Part shown: in pieces, positions 1 through 9,446 of the stretch
Numbering within the stretch: the stretch's first letter is position 1
Layout of the letters: every line of letters begins with the position of its first letter
Assembly (NCBI GenBank): GCA_963710605.1
Contig: CAVQBA010000006.1
Span: 352,001-416,000 of the forward strand
Direction: 5' to 3'
Length of the DNA: 64,000 bases
Origin: an uncultured cyanobacterium
GTDB lineage: Bacteria > Cyanobacteriota > Cyanobacteriia > Cyanobacteriales > Cyanobacteriaceae
Translations under genes and position numbers: made by a program
The notes under the pieces: model-generated
Told to the model about the DNA's origin: nothing
Seen by the model: only the letters and a program-made list of their open reading frames with translations
The model's database searches: none

Positions 1-1522
1 GATAACTAGTGTAATTAGTTTTTTCCCAAGGATGTTCATTCGGTGCACCCAAATCATGAGGAGTTGCCCCTTTTGCTTTACGTATTGCACTAGCTTGATT
101 ATAACCAACAATTCTAGGGGTATCGTCGCTGGTAGGAATTGCTTTACTAAAAGCTTCCATGATCGATTTATCTAGTTTTGGCCAAAGCATAATTAAACCA
201 AACGAACCATATAGCCTGACATCCAAACTTTCATACCAACGATAATCCAGACATTCTGTTACTCCAAATTGCCCTACAGGATCATTTTCTGTTGCGGCTG
301 TCCATAAACTACAACCTTGTGACAATAAATATAGTTCGTTAAACAAAGCCATTTTCAGCCAATTAGGTAAATCAGTTCGATCGAGTATTGGTTTTTGCCA
401 ATCGATAATACGATCGCGCCACATCCCGTGATGTTTAAGAGTCGTTCTGATAATTGACCAAGCATTTTTAGCATTTCTACCAAAAAAGTCAGTATAACGA
501 CGATAATACTCAATTCCTTGAGCAAATTCAGTAACAGGAAAATCCCAAGCTAGAATAAAAGGTATTTTCTTGGTTTTACCCGGTTTGATTGTAAATTTGA
601 TAGCCATCGCTGAAGCAATTTGTTCACCAGGTTGAGCTGGGGTTTCATCTTGATGATCAGGTAAAGTACCATTCATGGCAAAATGATCCCAAAGTTCGCT
701 ACCATCACCTTGAGGATTCCAACGTCCGTGATGAAAGACTTCAACAGCAGGATTAGCTACAGATGCGATCGCCCATTGCCCTTCTCCTTCTTGCGGTTGC
801 TCATCCATACGAATTCGATCGAACAAAAAGCCAACCCGAAAGTTATCTGTGATTAATTGATTCAGATTACCTGTACTATCTCCCCAACGAGGTTGATATT
901 CATATTCAGGGCTACCATCGTCTCTGACTTTAACATCGGGTGATTTGATTGTATTGGTAAACCAACCCACAGTATTCTGCCACGATAACATGATGCTGAT
1001 GGTAATTTCTTTATCAGTCGGATTTTCGATCGTCCATTCAAAGACACCAACTGGATAACTAGATTCTTGATAATTATCAGCCCAAACGGGAGAAAATTGT
1101 TCGCAAATAATATGAGAATTAAAAACACCTTGATAATCAAACCAACTACGAGGATAAAGTGCCGAATATGTACCCTTACCTTGCGGATACCATGCCCAAC
1201 TAGAAAGACTACCATCAGATGGAGGTGTCGTACTCATAGCATATACTTGCGGAGTTTCTCCTTCTACTTGCTCAAAAACACTAAACTGACAAGCCGGTAA
1301 AGATTTAAAGATATGATTACCGCCGTCAATATGCCAAAGATTAAATTCACCGTTAACACCTCTACCGACACAACCACCACCAAAACCACCTAAAGGCATA
1401 CCATGATTAGGGCCATCATCCAAATTACTTTCGTAACGAACGGTATAAGGATTTGACCATTTTTTACCTATTTCACATTGCCAACTAGAAGACGGAATTT
1501 TTGGTAGTTCAAATTTGAGCAT
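1..1522 (-). CDS. Glycoside hydrolase family 116 (GBA2-like glucosylceramidase), 3' end outside the window
   Basis: Manual translation from ATG at 1522: MLKFELPKIPSSSWQCEIGKKWSNPYTVRYESNLDDGPNHGMPLGGFGGGCVGRG...FNLWHIDGG, the GH116 N-terminal motif. Absent from the ORF track, most likely because it runs off the window without a stop. Confidence 0.85.
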   Translation of the reverse strand, partial: MLKFELPKIPSSSWQCEIGKKWSNPYTVRYESNLDDGPNHGMPLGGFGGGCVGRGVNGEFNLWHIDGGNHIFKSLPACQFSVFEQVEGETPQVYAMSTTPPSDGSLSSWAWYPQGKGTYSALYPRSWFDYQGVFNSHIICEQFSPVWADNYQESSYPVGVFEWTIENPTDKEITISIMLSWQNTVGWFTNTIKSPDVKVRDDGSPEYEYQPRWGDSTGNLNQLITDNFRVGFLFDRIRMDEQPQEGEGQWAIASVANPAVEVFHHGRWNPQGDGSELWDHFAMNGTLPDHQDETPAQPGEQIASAMAIKFTIKPGKTKKIPFILAWDFPVTEFAQGIEYYRRYTDFFGRNAKNAWSIIRTTLKHHGMWRDRIIDWQKPILDRTDLPNWLKMALFNELYLLSQGCSLWTAATENDPVGQFGVTECLDYRWYESLDVRLYGSFGLIMLWPKLDKSIMEAFSKAIPTSDDTPRIVGYNQASAIRKAKGATPHDLGAPNEHPWEKTNYTSY

Positions 1523-1751
1523 AGTGTAATTAATTGAGAATTGTTCGGTAAGAGAATTAAGAATTAGTTTTTATCTTAATATATTCTCTACGGTCGAAAT
1601 TATTTTACAATCGATCGATCGTTATATTATAAAAGTTTACTCAAGAAAAAATCATTAAAAGCGAACAATTCATTCGGTTGAAATTAAGAGTTAGAAGTAA
1701 TAAGGTTATGATTAGCTCGTAAGTATTTATAAACTATTTCTTGATCCTAAA

Positions 1752-2582
1752 TTATATTGTCTTGCGAATTCTGGTGTAAAAATCACTCATTACTTCGATA
1801 AAAGAACTATCTTTGTGCCAAAACTGAGGGTAGTCTCCTGCTTTTTTGACTGCGATCGCAGGAATTGTACTAGATGAATTGTCTGGTAAATGCTCTGGTA
1901 TTCTTTTTTCTCCTTGCCAAAATTCTTTTTGATTTATGTTGCGATCGGCAGTTACTAAAATTGGTTTAGTATAATATGATTCTACTGGTTTTGGTTCTAA
2001 ATCCTTTGTTGTTAATCCTTGAGATAAAATTTGTCCTAAAGAAGATTTCTTTAATTCTTGATGTAGTTTTTCCTTCTCAAGCCCCCGCAATTCAAAGAGT
2101 AAAAAGGGGTCTCGATCGATCGCTGAGGCGATAAGATAATAAACTCCTGCTATATGTTTACATGGATTCGACCAATCTGGGCAAGAGCAATCTGTGTCAA
2201 AATCATCACTATCGTAGGGAAGTAGATGCAACTTAAATTCTCGATAAAATACTTCTTCTATATTGTCTGGCATTTCATCCATCAATAGTTTGCTAACAAA
2301 ACTTGCTTGAGAAGAAAGAAGTGCGATCGCTTTTTGCCAATCTTTAGTCGAGATGGGAGTTAAAGAGATTTCTACATTGTATAAAGGTTCTTTATAAACA
2401 CCAAAATAAGGATTAATCGAACCTCTAACTTTGGCAGTGATTTTTCCTTGAGTAATTTTATATTGTTTTATCTTTCCATTGTTGGCATAACTACGCCCCC
2501 GACTCAATCTTCCCGAGTCGGTACAAGATTCTAAGGCTTCAATAAAACGTTTTCCCCACCATGTCTTGCTAAATTTACTCAT
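1752..2582 (-). CDS. SWIM zinc-finger protein (SNF2-associated, YwqB-like)
   Basis: TWWGKRFIEALE...GRLSRGRSYA N-terminus; CSCPDWSNPCKH SWIM motif; DPFLLFELRG. Confidence 0.9.
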   Translation of the reverse strand: MSKFSKTWWGKRFIEALESCTDSGRLSRGRSYANNGKIKQYKITQGKITAKVRGSINPYFGVYKEPLYNVEISLTPISTKDWQKAIALLSSQASFVSKLLMDEMPDNIEEVFYREFKLHLLPYDSDDFDTDCSCPDWSNPCKHIAGVYYLIASAIDRDPFLLFELRGLEKEKLHQELKKSSLGQILSQGLTTKDLEPKPVESYYTKPILVTADRNINQKEFWQGEKRIPEHLPDNSSSTIPAIAVKKAGDYPQFWHKDSSFIEVMSDFYTRIRKTI

Positions 2583-2785
2583 CTTAAAAGAATATTAACA
2601 GTTATTAATGTTTGAGTCTAATCTTGATTTTGTATTTTCCCTTTATTTTATTCTCTTTCGACAAGATCTGCTCTATTAAATGTAATAGGAATAATGCCAA
2701 TGACTATTCCCAAAATGGGAACAATGTTTTTATAATGTGATGGAGATAGGTAAAAAAAAGGAACATCATCTATGAATAAAAAATA

Positions 2786-3097
2786 ATGCGAATTATCTCC
2801 AAAAGAGTACTAACTGATTTTTATAGTAATTCTAAATATTCAGATGCACAAACTTCTGTTGAAGCGTGGTATTTTGAAGCCAAAGTAGCAACATGGAAAG
2901 ATCCATCAGAAATAAAATTTCAATATAGAAATGCTAGTATTCTCAAAAATAATCGGGTTGTTTTTAATATAGCTGGTAACAAATATCGTCTCATTGTTTC
3001 GATTAATTTTCCAGCTCAAATTATTTACATTAAATTTATTGGAACTCACCAAGAATATGACCAAATAAACGCTAACACTGTAGAATTTAAAGATTAA
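2786..3097 (+). CDS. higB: HigB-family toxin
   Basis: MRIISKR...RVVFNIAGNKYRLIV...FIGTHQEYD; toxin-first order with an HTH gene downstream. Confidence 0.9.
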   Translation: MRIISKRVLTDFYSNSKYSDAQTSVEAWYFEAKVATWKDPSEIKFQYRNASILKNNRVVFNIAGNKYRLIVSINFPAQIIYIKFIGTHQEYDQINANTVEFKD

Positions 3098-3101
3098 AGT
3101 T

Positions 3102-3479
3102 ATGAATACCATTACAATTAAACCTATCAGAAACGATCGAGACTACAAAGCAACACTCGATCGAATTGAACAGTTAATAGAAGCGATTCCAGGCACTCCA
3201 GAATTTGACGAATTAGATATACTCACAACTTTAGTAGAAGCTTACGAAGAAAAACATTATAAGATTGCTTTACCCAATCCCATCAGTGCCATCAAATTTC
3301 GGATGGAACAATTTGAACTAAAACAAATGGACTTAATTCCTTATCTTGGTAGTAAATCTAAAGTATCTGAAGTTTTATCAGGCAAACGGGCATTAAGTAA
3401 ACAGATGATTCGTGCTTTACACGAAGGGCTAAATATTCCCCTTGAGGTTTTAATTCAACCTTATTCTCTAGATGACTAA
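3102..3479 (+). CDS. higA: HigA-family HTH antitoxin
   Basis: IKPIR...LVEAYE...PISAIKFRMEQ...GSKSKVSEVLSGKRALS (Xre HTH). Confidence 0.9.
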   Translation: MNTITIKPIRNDRDYKATLDRIEQLIEAIPGTPEFDELDILTTLVEAYEEKHYKIALPNPISAIKFRMEQFELKQMDLIPYLGSKSKVSEVLSGKRALSKQMIRALHEGLNIPLEVLIQPYSLDD

Positions 3480-3597
3480 TAGCCGAAAATATCGTCAAAT
3501 GATAAATTTGAACACCCTAGATAAAGTCTATGTCTAAAGAGCGATCGCTTTCTATCTTTTAAAAATCATAATTGTTGGGTTTCTACGGGCGATCGCA

Positions 3598-3960
3598 CTA
3601 ATTATTATTGTCATCAAATTCTCTTAAAATTTCCTGAATTCGTTTAGGTGAAATATCTTCTTGTTCGGATTTAGTATAGATTGTCATCATTATAATTATA
3701 GTAGAACCTCGAACATGATAAATCAGACGATAACCCCCACTTTTACCTTTTTGAATATCACTATTTTTGAGACGAACTTTATAAATAATTTCGCCTGTTT
3801 TGGGTATTCTGACACCAATAAATTTTCCCAATTGTAATTGTTGAATAATGGGTTGAATATCTGATTTAATATGACGATATTTTTTAGCTAATTGACGAAT
3901 ATTACGTTTGAATTGTTCGGTAAACTTAATATCGATCGGATTATTTTCATTCTGCATCAA
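3598..3960 (-). CDS. RelE/ParE-family toxin
   Basis: FKRNIRQLAKKYR...YKVRLKNSDIQKGKSGGYRLIY...IYTKSEQ; overlaps the small upstream gene. Confidence 0.85.
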   Translation of the reverse strand: MMQNENNPIDIKFTEQFKRNIRQLAKKYRHIKSDIQPIIQQLQLGKFIGVRIPKTGEIIYKVRLKNSDIQKGKSGGYRLIYHVRGSTIIIMMTIYTKSEQEDISPKRIQEILREFDDNNN

Positions 3961-4159
3961 TCCCTTCCCACAATTCAGAAATAGGTCTAATTTTACCTTC
4001 TTTTATTTCTTTCCATGAGGTACGAAAACTCTCTTCTGGAGAAAGATAAGTTTCATCATCGCTAATAATTGTTACTCTTACTCTCTGCCCTGCTAATTTG
4101 TCTCCTTGTAAGAGTATTTCTTCCCAAGTTCCTTCTATTTGTAATTGTTTTGATGTCAT
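3947..4159 (-). CDS. Putative antitoxin of the RelE toxin (likely start MTSKQ at 4159)
   Basis: Small acidic protein, ESFRTSWKEIKEGKIRPISELWEGID; overlaps the toxin start. Confidence 0.7.
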   Translation of the reverse strand: MTSKQLQIEGTWEEILLQGDKLAGQRVRVTIISDDETYLSPEESFRTSWKEIKEGKIRPISELWEGIDAE

Positions 4160-4201
4160 ATTTATTTTTCTTAAAGAAACTAGCAAATATATTCTATCTA
4201 T

Positions 4202-4337
4202 ACTACCTTTTTATATCCTCGCTCAGCAGTTGTGTACTATCTAATAATTCAATGTCTGTTTCTTGCTTCTATTCTGTCGAGAATTTCTGTTACTAATTGA
4301 TTATTTTCTTATTTCTCAGTTTGTACTATTGCTTGAT
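4202..4337 (-). pseudogene. Possible remnant of a small antitoxin-like gene
   Basis: Broken frames read EILDRIEAR...ELLDSTQLLSEDIKR*, resembling DSTxLLREDR antitoxin C-termini. Confidence 0.3.
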
Positions 4338-4352
4338 TTAATAGATTAATAA

Positions 4353-4516
4353 GCTGACAAAACTTGCTTGAGAAGAAAGTAAAGCAATCGCTTTTTGCCA
4401 ATCTTTAGTCGAGATAAGAGTTAAAGAGATTTCTATACTGTATAAAGTTTCTTTATAAACACCAAAATAAGGATTAATCGAACCTCTAACTTTAGCGGTG
4501 ATTTTTCCTTGAGTAA
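4353..4516 (-). pseudogene. 164-bp diverged copy of an internal part of the SWIM gene (2292-2455)
   Basis: Manual alignment gives about 12 mismatches in 164 nt; encodes TQGKITAKVRGSINPYFGVYKE...SSQASFVS. Confidence 0.9.
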
Positions 4517-4572
4517 GTCGATGTTTTTGCGGTTTGCATAGTTTTTCCAATATTTTTTTTAGTCGATCTTAA

Positions 4573-4830
4573 TTAGTAATGAAACTTACATGAAACAATA
4601 ACAATCTCTCGATCGCAAACACTATAAACTAATCGATGTTCTTTAGTAATACGTCGTGACCATAACCCCGATAGATCGTGTTTTAATGCCTCTGGTTTGC
4701 CTAATCCAGAAAAAGGATTTTGTTGAATATCTTTAATGAGGTTGACAATTTTAGCGTAAATTTTTTTGTCATTAATTGCCCATTGGTTAAATTCATCGAA
4801 ACTTCGGGTCAAAAAAGCAACTTTCCTCAT
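4573..4830 (-). CDS. yoeB: Txe/YoeB-family toxin
   Basis: GLGKPEALKHDLSGLWSRRITKEHRLVY...SCKFHY. Confidence 0.92.
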   Translation of the reverse strand: MRKVAFLTRSFDEFNQWAINDKKIYAKIVNLIKDIQQNPFSGLGKPEALKHDLSGLWSRRITKEHRLVYSVCDREIVIVSCKFHY

Positions 4831-5063
4831 AATTTAGCAGGATCTACATAAATATAATTGTCAGGATTTTTAAGTGATTCTATCGCTTCTTCTAGGTGTT
4901 GACTGTTAGCTTCTGTTGAAAGTAGATAATCTGTTTCATCCATTTCTTCTGTTGATTCTTGAATCAATAAAATCGCTTCAACTACTGTACCTTCAGGTAA
5001 GTTAAGGGTAGGTAAATTTAATTGACCATCTTTGACAATCGTTTGATATTTGAGTGCATTCAT
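4827..5063 (-). CDS. Antitoxin partner of YoeB (YefM-like C-terminus, atypical N-terminus)
   Basis: DETDYLLSTEANSQHLEEAI matches the YefM toxin-binding segment; 4-bp overlap with the toxin. Confidence 0.75.
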   Translation of the reverse strand: MNALKYQTIVKDGQLNLPTLNLPEGTVVEAILLIQESTEEMDETDYLLSTEANSQHLEEAIESLKNPDNYIYVDPAKL

Positions 5064-5175
5064 TATGGGTATGCTATACTAACAACTCTTTAATTTTAAC
5101 AATTTCAAGTTTCAAGATTAATGTTGGTTTTTATTTATCAACCTAACCGATAAAAGAGGCTATTTCGCTATCTAG

Positions 5176-6009
5176 TTAAAGACTAGGCTTAATCTTATAT
5201 ATAACTTGTTTTTGACCTTTATTTGTTGGTTCATCATAAATCTCAAATATACCCGTCATCATCATTAAATTTTTGAGTGTTGTGTTTCCATATCTATTTT
5301 TCCAAAAATCGAGTTCATCCGATGCTTTTTTCCTGACTAATGAACCAGCATAACTAAGATAAGTCCAACCATCAGCCCTAGATTTTTCCGTAGAAATATC
5401 AATTAATAATTTCACAAGTTGACTTTGTTTGAGAGCCTCTAGCATTAGCACTTGTTTTCCTTCTGAAGATGCCATAATCTCTACAATATCTTGCATCATC
5501 TCTTGCCAAGATTCAACCATCCATTTTAAGTGTTTAAATTCTTGCTGTATTTTGCGATACTGCTCATCAAGATATTGTTCAGCCATATTCAAATCTTCAA
5601 GTCTAGTCAAATCATACTTCAATACGAAATTGTGAATTAGCTCATTTCGTTCGACGAGAAGTAATTTTAGTGACTCTTTTCTTGTATTATCATTCATGTC
5701 GGAACACCAAAAACCAAAAGAGTGCCAAATTTCTTTCCGTGTATTAGCTTCATCTTCTGTTTTTGTCTGGTTACAATAAGTGCTATCATTTTCAAAATAT
5801 GAATTAATTAATTGCCCCAAAGTTCGTTTATCAATGGTAATAGTATTTTCTTTGATTGTTTTTAATTCGCTTGAATAACCTGAAATATTAGTAATACATG
5901 ATATGAACTTAAATAAATACTCAACTTTCTGTAACAAAAGAATATTTCTGCCAATTTTACTTTGTACTTCGTTTTTAAGTTTTTTTATTTTTATATCCAT
6001 AGTATCCAT
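5176..6009 (-). CDS. Hypothetical protein with probable C-terminal OST-HTH/LOTUS domain
   Basis: C-terminal RADGWTYLSYAGSLV...YGNTTLKNLM...FEI is LOTUS-like; internal ERNELIH is an RxxxxH-type motif; starts 3 bp after the helicase stop. Confidence 0.6.
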   Translation of the reverse strand: MDTMDIKIKKLKNEVQSKIGRNILLLQKVEYLFKFISCITNISGYSSELKTIKENTITIDKRTLGQLINSYFENDSTYCNQTKTEDEANTRKEIWHSFGFWCSDMNDNTRKESLKLLLVERNELIHNFVLKYDLTRLEDLNMAEQYLDEQYRKIQQEFKHLKWMVESWQEMMQDIVEIMASSEGKQVLMLEALKQSQLVKLLIDISTEKSRADGWTYLSYAGSLVRKKASDELDFWKNRYGNTTLKNLMMMTGIFEIYDEPTNKGQKQVIYKIKPSL

Positions 6010-6012
6010 CGT

Positions 6013-9000
6013 TTAAATAATAGTCTGACGATTAAGAGCAATTAACTGCTTAAAACGATCGTTATCCAACTGAGTCAACCACGATTCATCCGCCCCAACG
6101 ATCGAATCTGCTATCTTTTTCTTATCCTCAATCATTGCATCAATTCTCTCTTCTAACGTACCTAAAGTGACGAACTTATGGACAAAAACATTCTTCTTCT
6201 GCCCGATTCTAAATGCCCTATCTGTGGCTTGATTTTCCACCGCAGGATTCCACCATCGATTGAAATGAAACACATGATTTGCCTTAGTTAAAGTGATACC
6301 CACACCCCCTGCTTTTAAAGACAAAATAAACACAGAAGGTTCGGTATTTTCTGCTTGAAATTCCTCAATCATTTTCTCCCTTTTTTGACGAGAAGTACCA
6401 CCATACAAATAATAAGTATTATAGAAAAAAGTTTGTTTAAAATAATCTTGTAAAGCCTCACCTATTTCTGTAAACTGAGTAAAAATTAATAAACTTTCGC
6501 CCTCAGCAATTACTTCTTCAATCATCTCCCCTAATCTTTCTAATTTATGAGAACGTTGGGGACTAAAATCACTATTATCTTGTAAAAATTGACGAGGATG
6601 ATTACAAATTTGTTTGAGACGCATCAAAGTAGACAGTATTAAACCCTTGCGTTGTATTCCCTCAGCTTCTTCCAATTCTCCCGATACTTCTTTTACTACT
6701 AATTCATATAAAGAAGCCTGTTCTTTAGTTAAATTACAATATTGTTTGTGTTCTACTTTTTCAGGTAAATCTTTAATAATATTTTTATCTGTTTTTAACC
6801 TTCTTAAAATAAACGGTTCGACTAATTTTTTCAGCACAACAGACTGACTTCGATCGTTATTTTTCTGAATTGGTATCTCAAAAGATTTACGAAATTGAGT
6901 TTGTTTGCCCAAATAACTAGGGTTAAGAAAATTAAAAATTGACCATAAATCTAACAGACGATTTTCTACAGGAGTACCCGTTAAAGCCAAACGATAATTA
7001 GCATTTAATTTTAAAATAGCCTTAGTTTGAGCAGTTTTAGGATTCTTAATATTTTGAGCTTCGTCTAAGACAATTCTTTGCCATTTTAATCGATCTAATA
7101 ACTTTAAATCTTTACGAGCTAAAGTAAAGGAAGTAATAATTAAATCGTAATTTACTACCTCGTTTTTAAAAGTTTTTTCCTCAGAAATTCGGCTACTACC
7201 ATGATGAATCATTACCTTAAGGTGAGGAGCAAATTTTTCTACCTCCTTATACCAATTTCCGACTACCGAAGTAGGAGCAATTAACAAAGTAGGTAATAAC
7301 TGTTTATTTTCGTTTTTTTCTTGAACTAAATGGGCAATAACTTGTACGGTTTTTCCTAAACCCATATCATCAGCCAAACAACCATTTAAACCTAATTGTT
7401 CTAAAAATTTTAACCAAGAAACACCTCTTTTTTGATATTCCCTTAAATCCCCTTGAAAACGATCGGGATTATCAGTTAATTCTAATTGATTACGATCGGT
7501 TAATTTTGCCATCATCTGGGCTAAACTTTCATCATGAGATACCTCAAACATATCTACTTCTTCGGTAGTAGTTTTCATCAATTCGAGTAAACTCATTTCG
7601 GGATTTTCTTGGTTATTATTTTGCCAAAATTCCAGCATCTGTTGCATTTGATTTTGGTCTAATTCCATCCATTCGCCTCTAAATTTAACTAAGGGTACTT
7701 TTGCTTCTAATAATTGTTGCCATTCTTGAGGTGTGACAGTTTCATTCCCAATAGCTAACTGATATTGATATTGAATAATTGTGTTTAAACTGAAGTAACC
7801 TTTCTCGTTTTGATTGCCAGAAGAAGAAGATTTTTTTGTCGATGCTTGTAGGCGTATTTTGGCTTTTTGACGACCGCTTGGAGTCCACCATGCAGGTACA
7901 ATCACGGTGTAATCTGCATCTTGTAAAACCCAAGCAATTTCTTTGAGAAACTCAAAAGCTTCGGTTAAAGTTAAACTTACTTTTACTGGTTTATCTGTTT
8001 CTAATCCTACCCATAATTTAGGATAAATTCTCGCCGCATAACCTAAGTTTAAAAGTAAATTTTTTTCAAATTCTTTACCAAATTGTTCTGTAACTAATTG
8101 CTTATTTTTTTTATTTAAATCCCAATAATCTTCTAAACTTAATTTTAAAGAAGGATCTTTTTTCGATGCTACTAAAAATTCTAAATACCATTTATCTGTG
8201 TTTTTATCTGATGCTTCTTGGAGGCGAAAACACAAATTAAAATCATTATTATTACTACCTGTAATTATTTTTTCTTGCCATGTTTGCCACTGTTGATAAG
8301 TTTCTAAACTGGCCTTATCTTTCCAAGGTTTTCCCGCTGAAAAAATACACTTATAAAGTAAAGGACAAGTTTCAATTTTTTTAGTAAAAACTTGCGGTAA
8401 AGAGGTATTTTTAATTATTTGTTGTAGTAAATATTCAGAAAAATGATCTAGTAAAGTTTCCTTATCATAAAAATTAATTGACTCAGATAATTCAGCAAAA
8501 CCTGCCACACAAGCAAGGGGCATCATCTGAATACTTTGTTTAATTAGTTGTTGATAATGATGAGAAACAATCGTCCAACTAGGATAAATTTCTCCAGATA
8601 AGGATTTAGATTTGGATGATTTTTTATTAATGTTTGTTTGTCGATATTTTAGAGCAGGAATATATCGATCTTTGAGAATAATTTGTCTAAGATTTTGAGT
8701 ATAATAATACCAAAAAAGTAGATCTATTCCTAATACCCATTCTTGAGCTTTGTAGAGAGATAAAAAGTGTAGTTCGTTGAGAGTTTTAATAATTTTAGCT
8801 AAAGGAAAACAATCGATCGACCAATACTGTAATTCAGTATTTTCAGGATAATCTGTTTCTAAATAACGACTTAAAGTTAAAGAGGGAAGGGGTTTGTTAT
8901 TACTACTAGGAAGCAGAAAATATTTATTACTGATTAGTCTAACAGGATCTCGATAATTATTATATGATATTCCCAAATCTCTAACTAGAAAATTAGCAAA

Positions 9001-9150
9001 GTCTTGTGAAGTTAGTTGACGAGGATAAAGATGATTAATTTTAGTACTTCTACGACGATTTTCAGCAATTTCTACCCATAAATAAAACGTACCATTTTGA
9101 ATGAAATTATCTTCTGAATTAGGAATCCATGTACCGTGAATAATTTTCAT
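6013..9150 (-). CDS. SNF2-family helicase/ATPase (YwqA/DUF3670 type; likely start MKIIHGTW at 9150)
   Basis: LADDMGLGKT, LDEAQNIKN, ALTGTPVENRL, SLKAGGVGITLT, QATDRAFRIGQ. Confidence 0.93.
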   Translation of the reverse strand: MKIIHGTWIPNSEDNFIQNGTFYLWVEIAENRRRSTKINHLYPRQLTSQDFANFLVRDLGISYNNYRDPVRLISNKYFLLPSSNNKPLPSLTLSRYLETDYPENTELQYWSIDCFPLAKIIKTLNELHFLSLYKAQEWVLGIDLLFWYYYTQNLRQIILKDRYIPALKYRQTNINKKSSKSKSLSGEIYPSWTIVSHHYQQLIKQSIQMMPLACVAGFAELSESINFYDKETLLDHFSEYLLQQIIKNTSLPQVFTKKIETCPLLYKCIFSAGKPWKDKASLETYQQWQTWQEKIITGSNNNDFNLCFRLQEASDKNTDKWYLEFLVASKKDPSLKLSLEDYWDLNKKNKQLVTEQFGKEFEKNLLLNLGYAARIYPKLWVGLETDKPVKVSLTLTEAFEFLKEIAWVLQDADYTVIVPAWWTPSGRQKAKIRLQASTKKSSSSGNQNEKGYFSLNTIIQYQYQLAIGNETVTPQEWQQLLEAKVPLVKFRGEWMELDQNQMQQMLEFWQNNNQENPEMSLLELMKTTTEEVDMFEVSHDESLAQMMAKLTDRNQLELTDNPDRFQGDLREYQKRGVSWLKFLEQLGLNGCLADDMGLGKTVQVIAHLVQEKNENKQLLPTLLIAPTSVVGNWYKEVEKFAPHLKVMIHHGSSRISEEKTFKNEVVNYDLIITSFTLARKDLKLLDRLKWQRIVLDEAQNIKNPKTAQTKAILKLNANYRLALTGTPVENRLLDLWSIFNFLNPSYLGKQTQFRKSFEIPIQKNNDRSQSVVLKKLVEPFILRRLKTDKNIIKDLPEKVEHKQYCNLTKEQASLYELVVKEVSGELEEAEGIQRKGLILSTLMRLKQICNHPRQFLQDNSDFSPQRSHKLERLGEMIEEVIAEGESLLIFTQFTEIGEALQDYFKQTFFYNTYYLYGGTSRQKREKMIEEFQAENTEPSVFILSLKAGGVGITLTKANHVFHFNRWWNPAVENQATDRAFRIGQKKNVFVHKFVTLGTLEERIDAMIEDKKKIADSIVGADESWLTQLDNDRFKQLIALNRQTII

Positions 9151-9253
9151 ATCGAGCCAGTCTTGCCTTAATGGTTTCAATTTTAACTTCAAATGCTAGA
9201 ATTATCTATTTTTTATTAAAAATTATCGATCGATTTTTAAGGCTCGCTGAAGG

Positions 9254-9392
9254 TATAGCTTTGCAAAACGAAAAATTGTTAAAATACACAAAAATCCTCT
9301 CGGATGATATGGGTAGATCGTATTTATTACAAAACTAAATATTATGAAGAAATAATTAGATATTTCCAGTAATTCCGAGGAAGAAAGCTATA
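9254..9392. mobile_element. Putative MITE with TATAGCTTT...AAAGCTATA termini
   Basis: Intergenic; 9-bp terminal inverted repeat with TA at both ends. Confidence 0.4.
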
Positions 9393-9446
9393 ACCCGAAT
9401 CCTATTATTAAAAACTGTGTGCGATACTCCTGTTCTGATTAATTCT

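Noticed and set aside
862..1300. ORFs 862-1215 and 1067-1300
   Set aside because: Alternate-frame or antisense shadows of the GH116 gene
2292..4516. SWIM duplicate as a DGR template/variable repeat pair
   Set aside because: Mismatches are not confined to adenines, the region is not C-terminal, and no DGR-type RT or avd is present
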